Position numbers and translations under genes: made by a program. Under the pieces are notes generated by a model. It was not told where the DNA came from and searched no databases. It worked only from the letters and a program-made list of their open reading frames with translations. From Azolla caroliniana (taxonomy: Eukaryota; Plantae; Polypodiophyta), in contig JBHGNT010000006.1 of NCBI GenBank assembly GCA_043228905.1, positions 2,790,001-2,854,000 of the forward strand: 64,000 nt of DNA, given 5' to 3'. Positions 62,470 to 64,000 of the stretch are shown here, one piece after another; the stretch's first letter is position 1; the number at the start of each line of letters is the position of its first letter.

Positions 62470-64000
62470 CGTTTAAGGATCAAACATAAAAAATGAGAAT
62501 AGAGATGAATACACGTACACCAAAAGAGAGTAAACAAGATGTTCACCTGGAAAACCCTAAATGGGAAAAACCACGGGAGCCCACAGACTCCGAACAAACA
62601 CTATATGAGAAAGGTACAGTCAGAGACTCAGAGGCAATGGCCTCGAGCTCTGTTTCTTCGCCAATCGGCGGTTACAATAGAATATCACTCTGTATCACCT
62701 CTCTCGCTCTCTCTACAACATTTATACACATACCACAATATGACAACATCTGTACACACAAAGTGTTTGCCCTAAGTCATATTTATACTTATATGAACTT
62801 AGGGCTATTTACAAATATAGCCTCAATAGGCTTACTCAAAACATATTCACAAATATGTCTTCTCTTCCGGTTCTCACCGGGTCCTCTTCATTCAACACCG
62901 GATCCCATCCAGAGGGACCGATTTCCCAACATTCTCCCCCTTCACTCCGGCATGGGATGTCTCGCCAGCCTGATCCACTTTCGGCATGCATCCAGCTTGT
63001 CGGTTGTCAACACCTTGGTCAGCATATCCGACCCGTTCTCCTTTGTGTGGATCTTCATCAGCACGAACTCTTGATCTTCTACTCTCTCTCGGATCCAGTG
63101 GTACCTCCGCTGGATATGTTTCTTCTGGGAATAGTAGGCCGCGTTCTTTGCAATGTGGATGGTACTTTGACTGTCACAGTAGAGCCGGTATTCCTCCTGT
63201 TGGATCCCTAGTTCTCTAATGAAGTCCTTCATCCAAATTATCTCCTTGTCGGCTTCTACTGTTGTTATGTACTCCGCCTCCGTGGTTGACAACGCAACCG
63301 TCTTCTGCAGCCTCGACTGCCCTGATACACCCCTGCATAAGTCATGACATATCCGAATGTAGACCGGCTGGTATCCGCATCAGCCGACATATCCGAATCC
63401 GTGAATCTGTGAATCCTTCAAGTTGGGGATAACCAAAGCCAAACCAGAGACACATACTCGCGGTGCCTTTCAAATACCAGAGTATCCACTTGACCGCGTT
63501 CCAGTGCTCTTTTTTCCGGGATTGCTTATGAACCGGCTTACCACTCCGATTACATATTCGATATTCGGCCGGGTACATACCATCATGTATATCAAGCTTC
63601 TGACGGTAGAGGCATATGATATCTTCATCATATCCGTCTTCTCTGATCATAACTCTAATAGTTGGTATCATTCATAGTCATGAAATAGGTGAACAAGACA
63701 ACCTACCTATTGTGATGTGTCTTCGGGCTCTGCTTTCCGGACAACTTGCAATTTGCCGGAATTGTCGATCCAACCGTTGAAGCACCTTTGTCACGTACTT
63801 CTCCTATGACAACCACAACAGCTTCTTCAACCGGTCCCGGATGATGTGCATTCCCAATATCTGTCTTGCTGAACCCAAGTCTTTCATTGAGAAGGTCCGG
63901 TTCAGAGCCTCCTTCAGCATCCGAATCTTGCCTTGGTCTCTCGTCCACATATAGGAGGAGTATTAGGAAATCTCTTCCGTCAAATTTCTTCACAAACACG
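62470..64000 (-). mobile_element. 3' part of a Tnt1-like Copia (RT end, RNase H, PPT, 3' LTR 62470-62931) inserted in the Gypsy gag
   Basis: LLLYVD, HWNAVKWILWYLKGT, STTEAEY, YCDSQS, KHIQRRYHWIRE, SDMLTK; PPT GGGGGAGAA directly before TGTTGGG. Confidence 0.93.

Noticed and set aside
63648-63717. ~70-bp insertion in the Copia RT between SPKT and the YAS motif
   Set aside because: No TIR, TSD or homology recognised; probably repair filler.

Overview
Eukaryotic, intron-containing land-plant DNA; the TE repertoire suggests a fern or other non-seed plant (inference only). There is one host gene, a 4-exon cytosolic alkaline/neutral invertase (minus strand, 6511->1627, 609 aa). About 12 kb of AT-rich decayed intergenic DNA follows, then a deeply nested retrotransposon stack from ~19 kb to the end: L1 LINEs, several Copia families, two Gypsy types and at least five solo LTRs with TSDs. 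The most notable system is a young RTEX/CR1-like LINE present in five copies, two of them full-length with open ORFs. Every 5' end abuts a (TC)n tract, usually inside a Copia LTR, and intact 3' ends carry an (ATCT)n tail. ORF1 and ORF2 lie in one frame separated by a single TAG, with no AUG before the endonuclease domain. Truncated copies show snap-back or template-slip 5' junctions. Also notable are a tRNA-like A/B-box module inside a chromovirus LTR and an LTR family with 4-bp CpG-centred target sites. All alignments were done by eye; no searches were run.
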